From Planctomycetota bacterium (GTDB taxonomy: Bacteria; Planctomycetota; Planctomycetia; Pirellulales; Lacipirellulaceae), in assembly GCA_031407585.1 (NCBI GenBank), contig JANOIK010000519.1:1-52722 (forward strand): a DNA stretch of 52,722 nt. The letters are read 5' to 3'. Each line of letters starts with the position of its first letter. Positions within the stretch are counted from its first letter, which is position 1. Below the pieces are notes generated by a model. The model was given only the letters and a program-made list of their open reading frames with translations, did no database searches and was not told where the DNA came from. Both the position numbers and the translations under genes were made by a program. Below, piece after piece: positions 10,051 through 19,244 of the stretch.

Positions 10051-10511
10051 TGCGAAAGCTCCGCTAAGGCGTGGTCGCACGCCGTGTCGACCATCCGCTC
10101 AAAAGTTCCCAGGCCGATGCCAACGTGATCCCGCTTGGGCATCCGTGACGTTCCCCGAATGTGGTAGAGCGAGTGCGGTACGTCGGTCCCGAACACGAGC
10201 CCGATGTTGCCGTTCTCTTGGAACATCTCGCGGATGCCTTCGTTCGGATTCGTGAGGCTGGCGCGTAAGCGGCCGGTTTCCACCAGGATCGTGCTATGCC
10301 CCTTCGCTCGCACGGTGGACGGCGCCAAAGCCGCCCACGGGTCGCCAGCCGGGTCGCGCTGCTCGCCCCACATCAACTGGTGTTCTTGCTCGATGCTCCG
10401 CATGGAGCCCGTGAGCCACGGCCCCCAGTCGAGCTGCTCGAAGTCGTGCAGCACGCCAGCGAACAATTCCTCGAGCCCCGCCTGGCCGTCAATGAGCGTC
10501 GGTTCGGGCAT
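10047..10511 (-). CDS. Virion morphogenesis / tail completion protein (Mu gpG-like)
   Basis: DPAGDPWAALAPST..ILVETGRLRASL..FGTDVPHSLYHIRGTSRMPKR motif pattern. Confidence 0.8.
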   Translation of the reverse strand: MPEPTLIDGQAGLEELFAGVLHDFEQLDWGPWLTGSMRSIEQEHQLMWGEQRDPAGDPWAALAPSTVRAKGHSTILVETGRLRASLTNPNEGIREMFQENGNIGLVFGTDVPHSLYHIRGTSRMPKRDHVGIGLGTFERMVDTACDHALAELSQ

Positions 10512-11044
10512 TACAAGCCCTCCCGATACGGCAGCCGCACGAAGTAGTCGACGATGAGAAACTTCACCATCCAGCCGCGCATGAACGCCTGCTGATTGAG
10601 CGCATCCGCCTGGTCGATCTTGCAATCCCGCAGGTCGCCAACGCTGTTGACCAAAAGGAAGGGACGCGGGCGCTTGCTGAATCGGATGTAGGTGGTTTCC
10701 CACGCGGCGAGCGCTTCGGCTTCGCCATTGACTGCCGTGCGTCCCTCGGCCCAGTGGAAGGCCAAGAGAAACAGGTAGTGGACGGCGGTTTCGTTGTTCG
10801 TGCCCGCGGAGTTGTCCGGTCGCGCCGAGTAGTGGCTGACGGTCGCGCAAGGCGTCTTGTCGTCATCCCGCAAGAGCGGATTGCGACGAATGAGGATGCG
10901 TTCGGCCGGGAACTTCGCGAGTTCCAGGTCCGTCAGGATGTCCACCGTGCCGTTCCAACACTGCCCGAGCGCCGAAATATCCAGCGAAGGAACAGGGCCG
11001 AACAGAGGCTCGCCAATCGTCGGCAGGACCGCGCTTTCACTCAT
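10511..11044 (-). CDS. Putative tail terminator protein
   Basis: 177 aa, neck-region position. Confidence 0.5.
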   Translation of the reverse strand: MSESAVLPTIGEPLFGPVPSLDISALGQCWNGTVDILTDLELAKFPAERILIRRNPLLRDDDKTPCATVSHYSARPDNSAGTNNETAVHYLFLLAFHWAEGRTAVNGEAEALAAWETTYIRFSKRPRPFLLVNSVGDLRDCKIDQADALNQQAFMRGWMVKFLIVDYFVRLPYREGL

Positions 11045-11405
11045 TGCGGCGGCCCTCCGTCAACGTGATCCGGTAGGGTCCGATGCGCGGCGTGAAAACG
11101 TCCGTTATCACCAACTCCGTGCCGTACTCGGTGCGCTCGATGGCGTCATCGACGCGCGGCACGACGGGATCGGCCGCGTCGTCCTGGTTGGGCGGCAAGA
11201 GCCACAGATAGCCGTCCGGCTCGTTGGGCGAATCGCCGTGACCTTGCCCCGCCATTTGGTAGTCGGGACGGTTGAGCCCGTTCACCAAGAGCTTCACCGG
11301 GTAGCTGACGAGCACCACGCCGTTCGCATCGCGGCGGTGAAGAATGGCGTCCTCTACGCCTTCGTGCGTTTCCCAGTCCCGTGCGTAGAGTTGAGCTATA
11401 GCCAT
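11037..11405 (-). CDS. Putative head closure protein
   Basis: 122 aa, position after adaptor. Confidence 0.5.
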   Translation of the reverse strand: MAIAQLYARDWETHEGVEDAILHRRDANGVVLVSYPVKLLVNGLNRPDYQMAGQGHGDSPNEPDGYLWLLPPNQDDAADPVVPRVDDAIERTEYGTELVITDVFTPRIGPYRITLTEGRRNE

Positions 11406-11641
11406 CAGGTGTCGTACTCCTGGTACAGCTCAAATCCGCCCTCCTCATCGGCAGTCGCCTCGCGAATTTCTTTCTTGAGCCATTCCAGTTCGCGGTACAG
11501 GCTGTCGATCTTCGCGACCCGCTCGGGGTCGATAGGTCCGTTGGCGTCCGGCTGGTCCAGGCTGTTTTCGTTTTGCAGAACAGCCAAGCGAGCGCCGATG
11601 TAATTGCGGCGCGTTATCAGGTTCTCGCGGTAAGTAGCCAC
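11405..11641 (-). CDS. Putative head-tail adaptor
   Basis: 78 aa helical protein of gpW-like size, GTG start with SD. Confidence 0.5.
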   Translation of the reverse strand: MATYRENLITRRNYIGARLAVLQNENSLDQPDANGPIDPERVAKIDSLYRELEWLKKEIREATADEEGGFELYQEYDT

Positions 11642-11664
11642 TCACTCCCTCCCGTGGCGGAGGG

Positions 11665-12273
11665 TTAGGCGGTCTTGGCGTGCGGCGGCTTGGGCGCGGG
11701 CTGCGCTGCCTTCGCGCGGGCATCCCACTCGGCGTACCGGGCGTTGCGCTGGGCCTCCATCGCATCCTTGGTATCGCCGTGCGGCTCGACCTTCACGGAC
11801 ACCTTGTAGGCTTTCTCTTCGCGGCCCTTGAAATAAGCCGCCTTGGCGTCGCCCTCGTCCGAACAGTTCTCGACGATTGCCGGCGCCATGCCTGAGCCGA
11901 GCCTGCCCGTGGGCGTGACCTTGAACGTCTTGCCCACCATCGGCTCGGAGGGCGGGAATCGGCGCCCCGTGAGCGGCCAAATATCCCGCAGCCGCGCGTG
12001 GGCCTTTTCGGCGTCGAGCGCCTCGGAGCGCATCTTGACGGCCGGCTTCTCACCGCCGCCTGGCTTGCCGAGTTGGCTCCGCAGGTCCGACAGTTCGGCT
12101 TGCGCCTCATCGGCCTTGCGCTGGCTCTCGTTGGCCTGCTGCTCCAGCTTGGCCAGACGCTTCTCCAAGTCCTGCCGATCCTTTTCGGCCTCACCTTGCG
12201 CACTGGCAAGCGCCTTACTGCGGGCAGCCTCTTCCTCGGCCTTGATATCTTCTTGGCTCTTGTCTTTGGACAT
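11665..12273 (-). CDS. Hypothetical protein (charged, coiled-coil N-terminus)
   Basis: 202 aa directly after capsid gene. Confidence 0.65.
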   Translation of the reverse strand: MSKDKSQEDIKAEEEAARSKALASAQGEAEKDRQDLEKRLAKLEQQANESQRKADEAQAELSDLRSQLGKPGGGEKPAVKMRSEALDAEKAHARLRDIWPLTGRRFPPSEPMVGKTFKVTPTGRLGSGMAPAIVENCSDEGDAKAAYFKGREEKAYKVSVKVEPHGDTKDAMEAQRNARYAEWDARAKAAQPAPKPPHAKTA

Positions 12274-12321
12274 TGCCGCGATCCCTTGTCTGGTGAGTCG
12301 CTAGTAAATTGAGGGAGGGAA

Positions 12322-13527
12322 CTACGCCGTGTGCTTCTGGACCAAGCGGGGCTCGCGAACTGCAACCACCGTCTTGCGCCGCACCTTGAGCCGGAACACG
12401 ATGTCGCGCGAGAAGCCAACGCCCGAGTTGCGGTCCTCAACGAATGTCTGGATGGGCCAGTAAACCCGCTCGACGAACGCGCCCTTGAAGTCGCCGCGGA
12501 ACCAAGTCGTTTCGCTGCTGTCGATGCTCGCCACGTAGGGGCTCGTGAGCGGCTGGAAGTCGCCGCCACGCGCCGCCAGCGGGTTGCCGGTCGTCATCTC
12601 GATCTCGGCAGCCGTGAGGTCGCCCGTCCGCACGGTCGACGCATTCGCCATCCGCCACGCCTTGACCCACAGACCCTCGGGAACCAGCATCCGGCGCGGT
12701 CCTGTGAACGCGATAGGCTCGGCTGTGTCGGGGTCCGTGATGCCGGAGAACGCGAGGTCCGACGCCTCGATGGACTCGTAATCGAGCAGCGGGTTGGTCG
12801 CGATGAGGTTGTCGAAATCACCCTGCGTGTGGGTGTTGCCGTAGGTGTTCTGGATCGGCCCGCCGTTGCGCTTGTACGTGTTGGTGATGCCGGTCGCGAC
12901 GCTGATGCGCTCCTTCTCGCGCGACAGGGCCATCGAGTCCGCCGCCTTATTGAGGTTCGACAAAAGCTGCGCCGTCTTGTCCTCCCGAATCAGCTCTTCG
13001 GTGGCCGCGACGATGAAGCCTTCCTTGCCGATCTCGGGAAGCTCGATGTACTGCTTCCCGACGCCGACGATGGGGTACTCTTCGCCCTCCCCAACGTCTT
13101 GCGACTGGTCGCCGATCATCGTGATACCGGGCATCATCACCCGGAATTGGGTGTCGGCGGGAATCTCCGTCACCAACTGGTCGCCAATGAACTGGACGTT
13201 GGCGTGAGCCGTAAGCGTATCCGCGAACGCAATCTGCCCGAGGATGTTCGCGAAGTGGGCCGTGGTGAGCGTGTCACCGCCGGCTTCCATGAGCACGCCG
13301 CCCTGCCGGCTGCGGTCCATTCGCTCCGTGAGCCGATGTCCGACGCTGGCGCCGTCCTGATCGAAGATCATGGCCTCAGCGAGCGAGCGCACCGAGAACC
13401 GATTGCCGATCTCGCCAGCGCGGCGGAGCGTGCAGATTTGCTCCATGCACTCGTGATACCGGCCTTCGCGCATGCGGCTTCGCAATTGGAGGGCGAAGTC
13501 CCTGCATTCATCGGCAGTGTTAATCAT
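12322..13527 (-). CDS. Major capsid protein (Mu gpT-like / HK97 fold)
   Basis: About 401 aa; VGEGEEYP, ATEELIREDKT, RMLVP, WFRGDFK, DIVFRLK motifs; position. Confidence 0.85.
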   Translation of the reverse strand: MINTADECRDFALQLRSRMREGRYHECMEQICTLRRAGEIGNRFSVRSLAEAMIFDQDGASVGHRLTERMDRSRQGGVLMEAGGDTLTTAHFANILGQIAFADTLTAHANVQFIGDQLVTEIPADTQFRVMMPGITMIGDQSQDVGEGEEYPIVGVGKQYIELPEIGKEGFIVAATEELIREDKTAQLLSNLNKAADSMALSREKERISVATGITNTYKRNGGPIQNTYGNTHTQGDFDNLIATNPLLDYESIEASDLAFSGITDPDTAEPIAFTGPRRMLVPEGLWVKAWRMANASTVRTGDLTAAEIEMTTGNPLAARGGDFQPLTSPYVASIDSSETTWFRGDFKGAFVERVYWPIQTFVEDRNSGVGFSRDIVFRLKVRRKTVVAVREPRLVQKHTA

Positions 13528-13582
13528 CGCTATGGTCCCGGCGAGAGTGGATGGTGAATTGAGGTTGAGGGGTGCGAGGCGA

Positions 13583-14326
13583 CTACTGGCGTTTCTTGCT
13601 GAACACGGCCAAGTCAACCTTGAGAACTTCGCTGTTCGCGCCGCCCGCCTTCGCGTGGATGATGGCCCGCAGCGCGGTCGTGCTCGCGTAGGTGATGCGA
13701 TGCGTCACGCTCGCGTCGCGAGGCGCGGCTTGGTACGCATACGGATTGACGAGGTTGTTCCCGCCGGACGTGTCGATCCAGGGGATGGCCTCGAATTCCG
13801 TGGCGCTGATCGGATTGATTTCGATGCCCAGCGTTTGGAAGCTGGCCCCACCCGCCGTCTTGTCGATGGCGTGAGTCGTGGGCGTGGTCGTGTAACTGGA
13901 GCGGAAGTTCCAGCGGGTGCCGCCGTCGACCTTGTACCAGCACGCGCCGGTAAAGTTCGCGATGGGGCCGGCGCCGTCGTCGATGAGCATGTTGGCCGTA
14001 CCGGCGGCGCTCATCAGGCCGAACAGAATATTGGCATCGTCCGTGTTCGCCTCGGCGTACTGGATGCGGGCAATCAAGAGATGCGGCACGCCAGCGCGCA
14101 TCGATCCAATGGCGTTAGTGTAGATGCCCGCTTCGTTGTTGTCCGTGGCGCCCGTGGTGATCGTCACGACGCCGTTTTCGTCGTCGGCGTCCTGCGCGAC
14201 AGACGCGCCGCCGTCAGCCGCCAACGCGGTCCAGCGGTCGCCGGTGACGTAGCAATCGAAATCGTCCTTCCACCCGCAGGTGAGCAGGGACGGCTTAGCT
14301 TCCGGCAAAAGGTTAATCAGGTCCAT
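13583..14326 (-). CDS. Putative head decoration protein
   Basis: 247 aa beta-rich, between protease and capsid. Confidence 0.55.
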   Translation of the reverse strand: MDLINLLPEAKPSLLTCGWKDDFDCYVTGDRWTALAADGGASVAQDADDENGVVTITTGATDNNEAGIYTNAIGSMRAGVPHLLIARIQYAEANTDDANILFGLMSAAGTANMLIDDGAGPIANFTGACWYKVDGGTRWNFRSSYTTTPTTHAIDKTAGGASFQTLGIEINPISATEFEAIPWIDTSGGNNLVNPYAYQAAPRDASVTHRITYASTTALRAIIHAKAGGANSEVLKVDLAVFSKKRQ

Positions 14327-14377
14327 CGTCTTGCCTGCGGGAGTGGAGTGGACGGGTGGTTCGGTGTGAACGGCGGA

Positions 14378-15475
14378 CTAGTTGGCCTTGGCGAGCTTCG
14401 ATTCAGCACGCTTGAGGGCGTTGACCCAGCGGCTCTCGTAAGCCTTGCTGGGGCCATCGCCTTCACCGCTGCCCGACGCCGGTGGGCTCTGGCCGGGGCG
14501 GTCGAACGGACGACTCTCGCGTGCGGTTGCGTCTTTCTTGGGCCAGCTCTCCAGGAGCGCCTTGCGGTCGCTCTCGGCGGTCGCGGCCAACGTCTTGACG
14601 CGAATCTCCGTGGCCTCGCGACCCGACTCCAGGAGCAGCGTCTTGGCCTCGCTCACGGCGAGCTTGGCTTCGATGCTCTTGAGACGGTCGCTCTCGGCAG
14701 CGGTGCCCGTGGCGCCGGGAGTCTCTTGCGTTGGCTGTGCGGCCAGGGTATCGGCAGCGCTCTTGCGAGCCTCGGGCGTCTCGGCCATGAGGGCCGCAGC
14801 GACAGCTGCGTTGATTTGTTCGTCGGCGGTGGCGCTCTCGGACACCGTGACTTCGGTTTCGTTAGCCAGCGCCTTGCGCGTGACCATTTCCATGAGCACC
14901 TTGCGGAGCGGAGCGGATTCGCTCGCGGACTCAACGATGCCTTTGACGGTCACTTTTTTGGTTTTCATGCTCGTGTCCCTGGACTCAAAAAGGCCCTTGG
15001 TGGCGCCCGGATCGGCGACTAGATCGACGCTAAAAACTTCGTTGATGCTCTCGACGACATCGAATCCGTCGACTTTCTTGAAGTCGCAATCGGCGACATG
15101 GGAGAGTCCGAAGTCCTGCCAGAACTTAGTGGCGGCTTCGGCGATTTCGCGGAAGTGCTTGCCTTCCTTGCGGAGCCGGAATTGCGAGGCGCGGAGCCCG
15201 CCGTCGCTATCGCTCTCGATGCCTTCCAGAACGCCCACCCAATCGCGGAGGTCGCGGTCCTCTTGGACTTCGCTGCGCCGCGGGTGGTTGATGTAGACCT
15301 TCGCGCCTTCGTACTTGAGACGGTCCCGGTTCAGCACCGCAGGGCCGTACTTGCGCTTGTTGGCCGATTCGTTCCCGATGATCTTGGTGTTCGGGATAAC
15401 GCCCGTTTCCAAGATTTGCTCGAACGTCACGTTCGGCTTGGTGGTTTGCAGCGCTGTTTCGTGGATGCGGGCCAT
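14378..15475 (-). CDS. Prohead protease / scaffold fusion
   Basis: SANKRKY, YINHP, FGLSH, SVDLVADPG motifs; helical Ala/Glu-rich C-terminus. Confidence 0.8.
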   Translation of the reverse strand: MARIHETALQTTKPNVTFEQILETGVIPNTKIIGNESANKRKYGPAVLNRDRLKYEGAKVYINHPRRSEVQEDRDLRDWVGVLEGIESDSDGGLRASQFRLRKEGKHFREIAEAATKFWQDFGLSHVADCDFKKVDGFDVVESINEVFSVDLVADPGATKGLFESRDTSMKTKKVTVKGIVESASESAPLRKVLMEMVTRKALANETEVTVSESATADEQINAAVAAALMAETPEARKSAADTLAAQPTQETPGATGTAAESDRLKSIEAKLAVSEAKTLLLESGREATEIRVKTLAATAESDRKALLESWPKKDATARESRPFDRPGQSPPASGSGEGDGPSKAYESRWVNALKRAESKLAKAN

Positions 15476-15539
15476 GCCCTAAATCTAGAGGGGGCAAGCC
15501 CAAGAAACGTCGCGCTGATTACTATGCGTAGTAAGGTAA

Positions 15540-15731
15540 TCAGCCTGCGGCGCTCGCCTCAGTTTGCGTCCAAGTGTGGCCGCACTTCTTGCATTTGCAG
15601 TAGCGCACAATGGCCATCGTCCGGTAGACCCGCGTGTTCGCCGACTTGCACTCACGGCAAGGATCGGCGAACACCTGCGGGTCGCGGCGCGGCGGGCGTT
15701 CTTTCGGCGTTCCTTCGCTCGCAACTTGCAC
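15540..15731 (-). CDS. Small zinc-ribbon protein (Ogr/Delta-like pattern)
   Basis: CRECKS..TRVYRT..RYCKCKKCGHTW. Confidence 0.6.
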   Translation of the reverse strand: MQVASEGTPKERPPRRDPQVFADPCRECKSANTRVYRTMAIVRYCKCKKCGHTWTQTEASAAG

Positions 15732-15733
15732 CG

Positions 15734-16036
15734 TTACGCCCCCGGTGTGCGGATAGAACGTGGGTCGATCCCGACCCCGCCGCCGTTGACGCGCGGCTGT
15801 CGAGCAGCGGCCTCAAGGGCCAGCCCTACCGCCACGGGCCGCCCTTCCTTCCACTCGATGCACTGGGCGAACGTCTTGCCGAGCATCGAGGGCGATTCCT
15901 TGACCTGGAATTCCTCGCCGTCGTACATGAGCACGCGCGAGCCGCCGTCCTCTAAGGGCCAGAAGCGGCGAACGTCGTCCGGGCGGACGTTGATCTCGCC
16001 ACCCTCCAATAAGTGCATCGTGACAATCGGATACAT
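15734..16036 (-). CDS. Hypothetical protein
   Basis: ATG 16036 with AGGA SD. Confidence 0.6.
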   Translation of the reverse strand: MYPIVTMHLLEGGEINVRPDDVRRFWPLEDGGSRVLMYDGEEFQVKESPSMLGKTFAQCIEWKEGRPVAVGLALEAAARQPRVNGGGVGIDPRSIRTPGA

Positions 16037-16050
16037 GGTTTGCGTCCTTC

Positions 16051-16830
16051 CTAAACGGGAACAGAAACGAGATTTGCGTAACGTGTCGTGCAGTTGCATC
16101 CCGGCGCGTTGCCGGGCTCGCGGGTTGCGAATTGGTGGCCGTCGTCAGTCTCCAGGGGGATGAGTTGCCATTGGCTGCGCGGGATGTTCGCCATGCGTTT
16201 GCAGTTCACGCACACGCCGCCGCGTGAGAGTTCTGGGTGGATGTCCCACGTATCGCTCGCGCTCAGCCCCACCGTGGCGTCTACGCCCGCGTCGCCCCCC
16301 GCATTCTGCGCGGCCGTGACTTCGTTGTTCGCTGCCGACGCGGCCTGGTTCGGCCCCAGGGCCTTGGCCACCTCTTCATCGAGCTTGGCTTGGTCGATGC
16401 GGAACACCTCGGCGGGCTCACCCTTGCGGAGCGTCTTGAGCCCCGCCTTGGCGGCTTCGTTGCGCATCCGCTGCGCAAGTCGCTCGATCCGGCGCTGTGC
16501 GCTGCCCACGTAGGACGCTGCGAAGTCTCGCGATCGTTGGGCCGCGTAGGCTTCAGCCGTGTTGTCCATCCTGCCTATGAGCGTCGCGTCTCGCGTCATG
16601 CCGGATTGGCCCGTGTGGTAGTTGGCGCTGGCGATGAACAGCAGGTACAGGGCGGCGATGGTTTCGTTTTGCGTGTCGCGTTCCATCTCTTGCCAGAACG
16701 ATTCGGGGATGAGTTCCCAGCGGGGCGGGTTGCCTAGGATGGCCAAGAGCTTCCTGCGCTGGTCAGCATTCAGACGCTCCAAGCGCCGGGCGAACTTACC
16801 TTCCAAGGTAGCGCGGTTGGGGAGTTCCAT
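16051..16830 (-). CDS. Minor head morphogenesis protein (SPP1 gp7 / Mu F-like)
   Basis: C-terminal VCVNC..PGCNCT motifs; follows portal. Confidence 0.7.
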   Translation of the reverse strand: MELPNRATLEGKFARRLERLNADQRRKLLAILGNPPRWELIPESFWQEMERDTQNETIAALYLLFIASANYHTGQSGMTRDATLIGRMDNTAEAYAAQRSRDFAASYVGSAQRRIERLAQRMRNEAAKAGLKTLRKGEPAEVFRIDQAKLDEEVAKALGPNQAASAANNEVTAAQNAGGDAGVDATVGLSASDTWDIHPELSRGGVCVNCKRMANIPRSQWQLIPLETDDGHQFATREPGNAPGCNCTTRYANLVSVPV

Positions 16831-16833
16831 CGT

Positions 16834-17124
16834 TCAGGAGAAGTAAGCCGGGTAGGTTGACGGTGTACCACGCTCAAAAGTCACGGGTTTGGATTCGTCG
16901 TCGTCGTCGACAGTGGCGACGATTCTTTCGTCGCTCTCGCACAAGCCGTTGAGCAGGCCCAGTACGCCTAGCGTCGGTTTCCCAGCGGGACCGCCCACGA
17001 CAATCGACGGGTGTCGCTCAATAGCTTCATTGCACGGAACCCGAATGAGGATCAATCGCCTAATCGCATCGGGGGCAAGCTGCGAAGCTTCATTCAGGAG
17101 GTCAACGATTTTCTGGATCATCAC
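16834..17124 (-). CDS. Hypothetical protein
   Basis: 96 aa, RVPCNEAIERHPSIVV..LGVLGLLNG. Confidence 0.65.
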   Translation of the reverse strand: MMIQKIVDLLNEASQLAPDAIRRLILIRVPCNEAIERHPSIVVGGPAGKPTLGVLGLLNGLCESDERIVATVDDDDESKPVTFERGTPSTYPAYFS

Positions 17125-19244
17125 ACGGCCCTCGCAACGGCCCGTGCCTCTTCGATCGTCTCAGCTTCCAAGACAGCCTCGGCGAGCGCGGCGTCGATGA
17201 CGGACTCGCGGGAAGGCGGAGGGGCTGCCCCGCCGGGAGCACCGCGACCGGATGCCGCGGCTTGCTTAAGGGCCATCGCAGCATCTTTCTCTTTCTGCGC
17301 CTTCACCTCGCCAGCCTTCGCCACTGCGGCTGCGGTCATTTCCTCGGCAAGTTCCGGCGACATGCCGATACCCGTGAGCAGCCCAATGGCAACGATCTCT
17401 GCCGTCGTGCCGTCAGAAACTTGGTGGAGGATTTCCGCAGCAGCCGTGACCTGCGCGCCGTTGAGCGTGGAGCCCGTGGCCATACGCCCCGTGTCGACGC
17501 CCTGCTGAGCCGCCTGCTTGCCCTCAGTCCCGCCCGTGCCATCGCCCGCCCCTGGAATCGGCTTGCCGTCTGCATCGACCTGCGGGGGCATCGGTTGCCC
17601 GTTAGCGTCAAGCTGCGGAGCGTTCCCCGTTTGAGCGGCCCCTTGCTGAGCCAAGGCACTCTCGCCCTGCATGTTCTGACTGCCGGTGAGCCCTTCCAAT
17701 TCGGGAACCATCTCGCGCCGCAGGTCCACGCGCACCTCATTGCCGTCGATGATGCCGCGGTCAAAGCATCCGAACAGCTCCGCGATATGCTGAGCCTTAT
17801 CCCGCGTAGCCACTTCCGGCGGCTTGATATTGAGGTCGATGAGCGCCACGAACTTCGCCCAATCGCTACACCACTTGCGGAAGCGGCCCCGGTCGTGTGC
17901 GATCTTGAGGGCCTTCATCAACAGGTCGCGGTTGTGGCCGACGTAGTACCGCTGATCCCCTTGGCGGGCCTTCACGAACGGGCTCTCTGCGACTAGCGAG
18001 CTAGCGTAGTTTTCATTCGATGCGTCGCCCGAAATCATGTACTCGGGAAACAGCCACCGCACGCCGATACGCCGCATGATGGCAGCGCGGGCTCCGTTGT
18101 ATGCATCGCTCTTAGGGGCGCCGAGCGGCCCGGTGGTGAATTCGCGGCCCGCGCTCACGACCTTCGTTGTGCCAGGTCGGATGCGGTTGAGCGGTCGTTC
18201 GCCGCCGCGGTTCTTGGCGACGGCTCGGCTGAAATTGTCCAAGGCGTCGGAGAACTGAGTCTGAGCCTGTTCCTTGGTCGCCCCCTCAGGCAGCGTCTCA
18301 AACCACGGGATGGCCGCAAGGATGGCCGTCACCACGCCCACGTTAGTGTTGATCTTATCCTCGCGCTCCAGGTCCACCGCGACCGGGAAGAAATCGCTAA
18401 TGCCAATCTTCGCTCGGGCGGGTACGTTCCGGTTGAAAAGGTGCAGGCACTTATCCGACAGCGGCCCTTCGCTCATCGGCCACGCGGGCATGAAGTCGTA
18501 CTCGCTCCCCGTGTCGTCATAGATGACGTGGTAGCCGAGGTGGCGCTCGTGGTCGATGCGGCCCATGCGCTCATCGAAGCCCGTCAGCACGCCGAACGTC
18601 CAAGAGAACGCCGGCTTGCCGGCGGGCGTCTGCCAATCAGTCCCCAGGAAGGCGTCAAGCGGCGACCTGTTCTGCGGCTCGCGCAGGTTGTCGGCATCGA
18701 GCCGCCGCATGTCCACAAGGCCGTCTGGCGTCGCGTACATCGCTACGGGCGAGCATCCGTCCTCCCGGCTCGCGTCGTGAATCTCGCTATCCAGTACGCC
18801 TATGAACTTGTTGCGTTCAATGATGGTGTCGAGCACCGTCTGCACCTCCGCGATAAACTCTTCCGCTGGTTCCTCCCCGTACTTCGCGATGACTTCGTAC
18901 TCCCACTCCCCGCCCATGACGTAGACCTGGAGGGCCTGCATGGCGCCCACGGCAATGGAGGTGAACGTGCCGAGTTGCCGGCAGAGCGAGCGCATCTTCT
19001 GGAGTTGGAATTCGTGCTCGTAGTAGGGCCAGTACCGCCCCTCATCGCGACTCTGAAGCGTGGTGATGATGCGGCCCTGAATAGGGATGCCGCCCGTGTA
19101 GGTCGCAGGCTCTTGGCCCGTGCGGACCATCGACCAACTGCCGTCGACTTCCTCGGCGGCTTCGCGGACGATGCGCTCGAATGACTCCACCATGCCCTGG
19201 GCGGAAAGCGCGTCCACGAGAGTGAGGTCGGTTCCGGTGCTCAT
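17121..19244 (-). CDS. Portal protein
   Basis: 707 aa directly after TerL; GISDFFPV, PEYMISGDASNENYASS; low-complexity C-terminal extension. Confidence 0.85.
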   Translation of the reverse strand: MSTGTDLTLVDALSAQGMVESFERIVREAAEEVDGSWSMVRTGQEPATYTGGIPIQGRIITTLQSRDEGRYWPYYEHEFQLQKMRSLCRQLGTFTSIAVGAMQALQVYVMGGEWEYEVIAKYGEEPAEEFIAEVQTVLDTIIERNKFIGVLDSEIHDASREDGCSPVAMYATPDGLVDMRRLDADNLREPQNRSPLDAFLGTDWQTPAGKPAFSWTFGVLTGFDERMGRIDHERHLGYHVIYDDTGSEYDFMPAWPMSEGPLSDKCLHLFNRNVPARAKIGISDFFPVAVDLEREDKINTNVGVVTAILAAIPWFETLPEGATKEQAQTQFSDALDNFSRAVAKNRGGERPLNRIRPGTTKVVSAGREFTTGPLGAPKSDAYNGARAAIMRRIGVRWLFPEYMISGDASNENYASSLVAESPFVKARQGDQRYYVGHNRDLLMKALKIAHDRGRFRKWCSDWAKFVALIDLNIKPPEVATRDKAQHIAELFGCFDRGIIDGNEVRVDLRREMVPELEGLTGSQNMQGESALAQQGAAQTGNAPQLDANGQPMPPQVDADGKPIPGAGDGTGGTEGKQAAQQGVDTGRMATGSTLNGAQVTAAAEILHQVSDGTTAEIVAIGLLTGIGMSPELAEEMTAAAVAKAGEVKAQKEKDAAMALKQAAASGRGAPGGAAPPPSRESVIDAALAEAVLEAETIEEARAVARAV

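Noticed and set aside
13472-15022. Long plus-strand ORFs (also 12331-13557, 8852-9937, 277-1161, 45087-45983)
   Set aside because: Antisense shadows of well-supported minus-strand genes in GC-rich DNA, with no motifs
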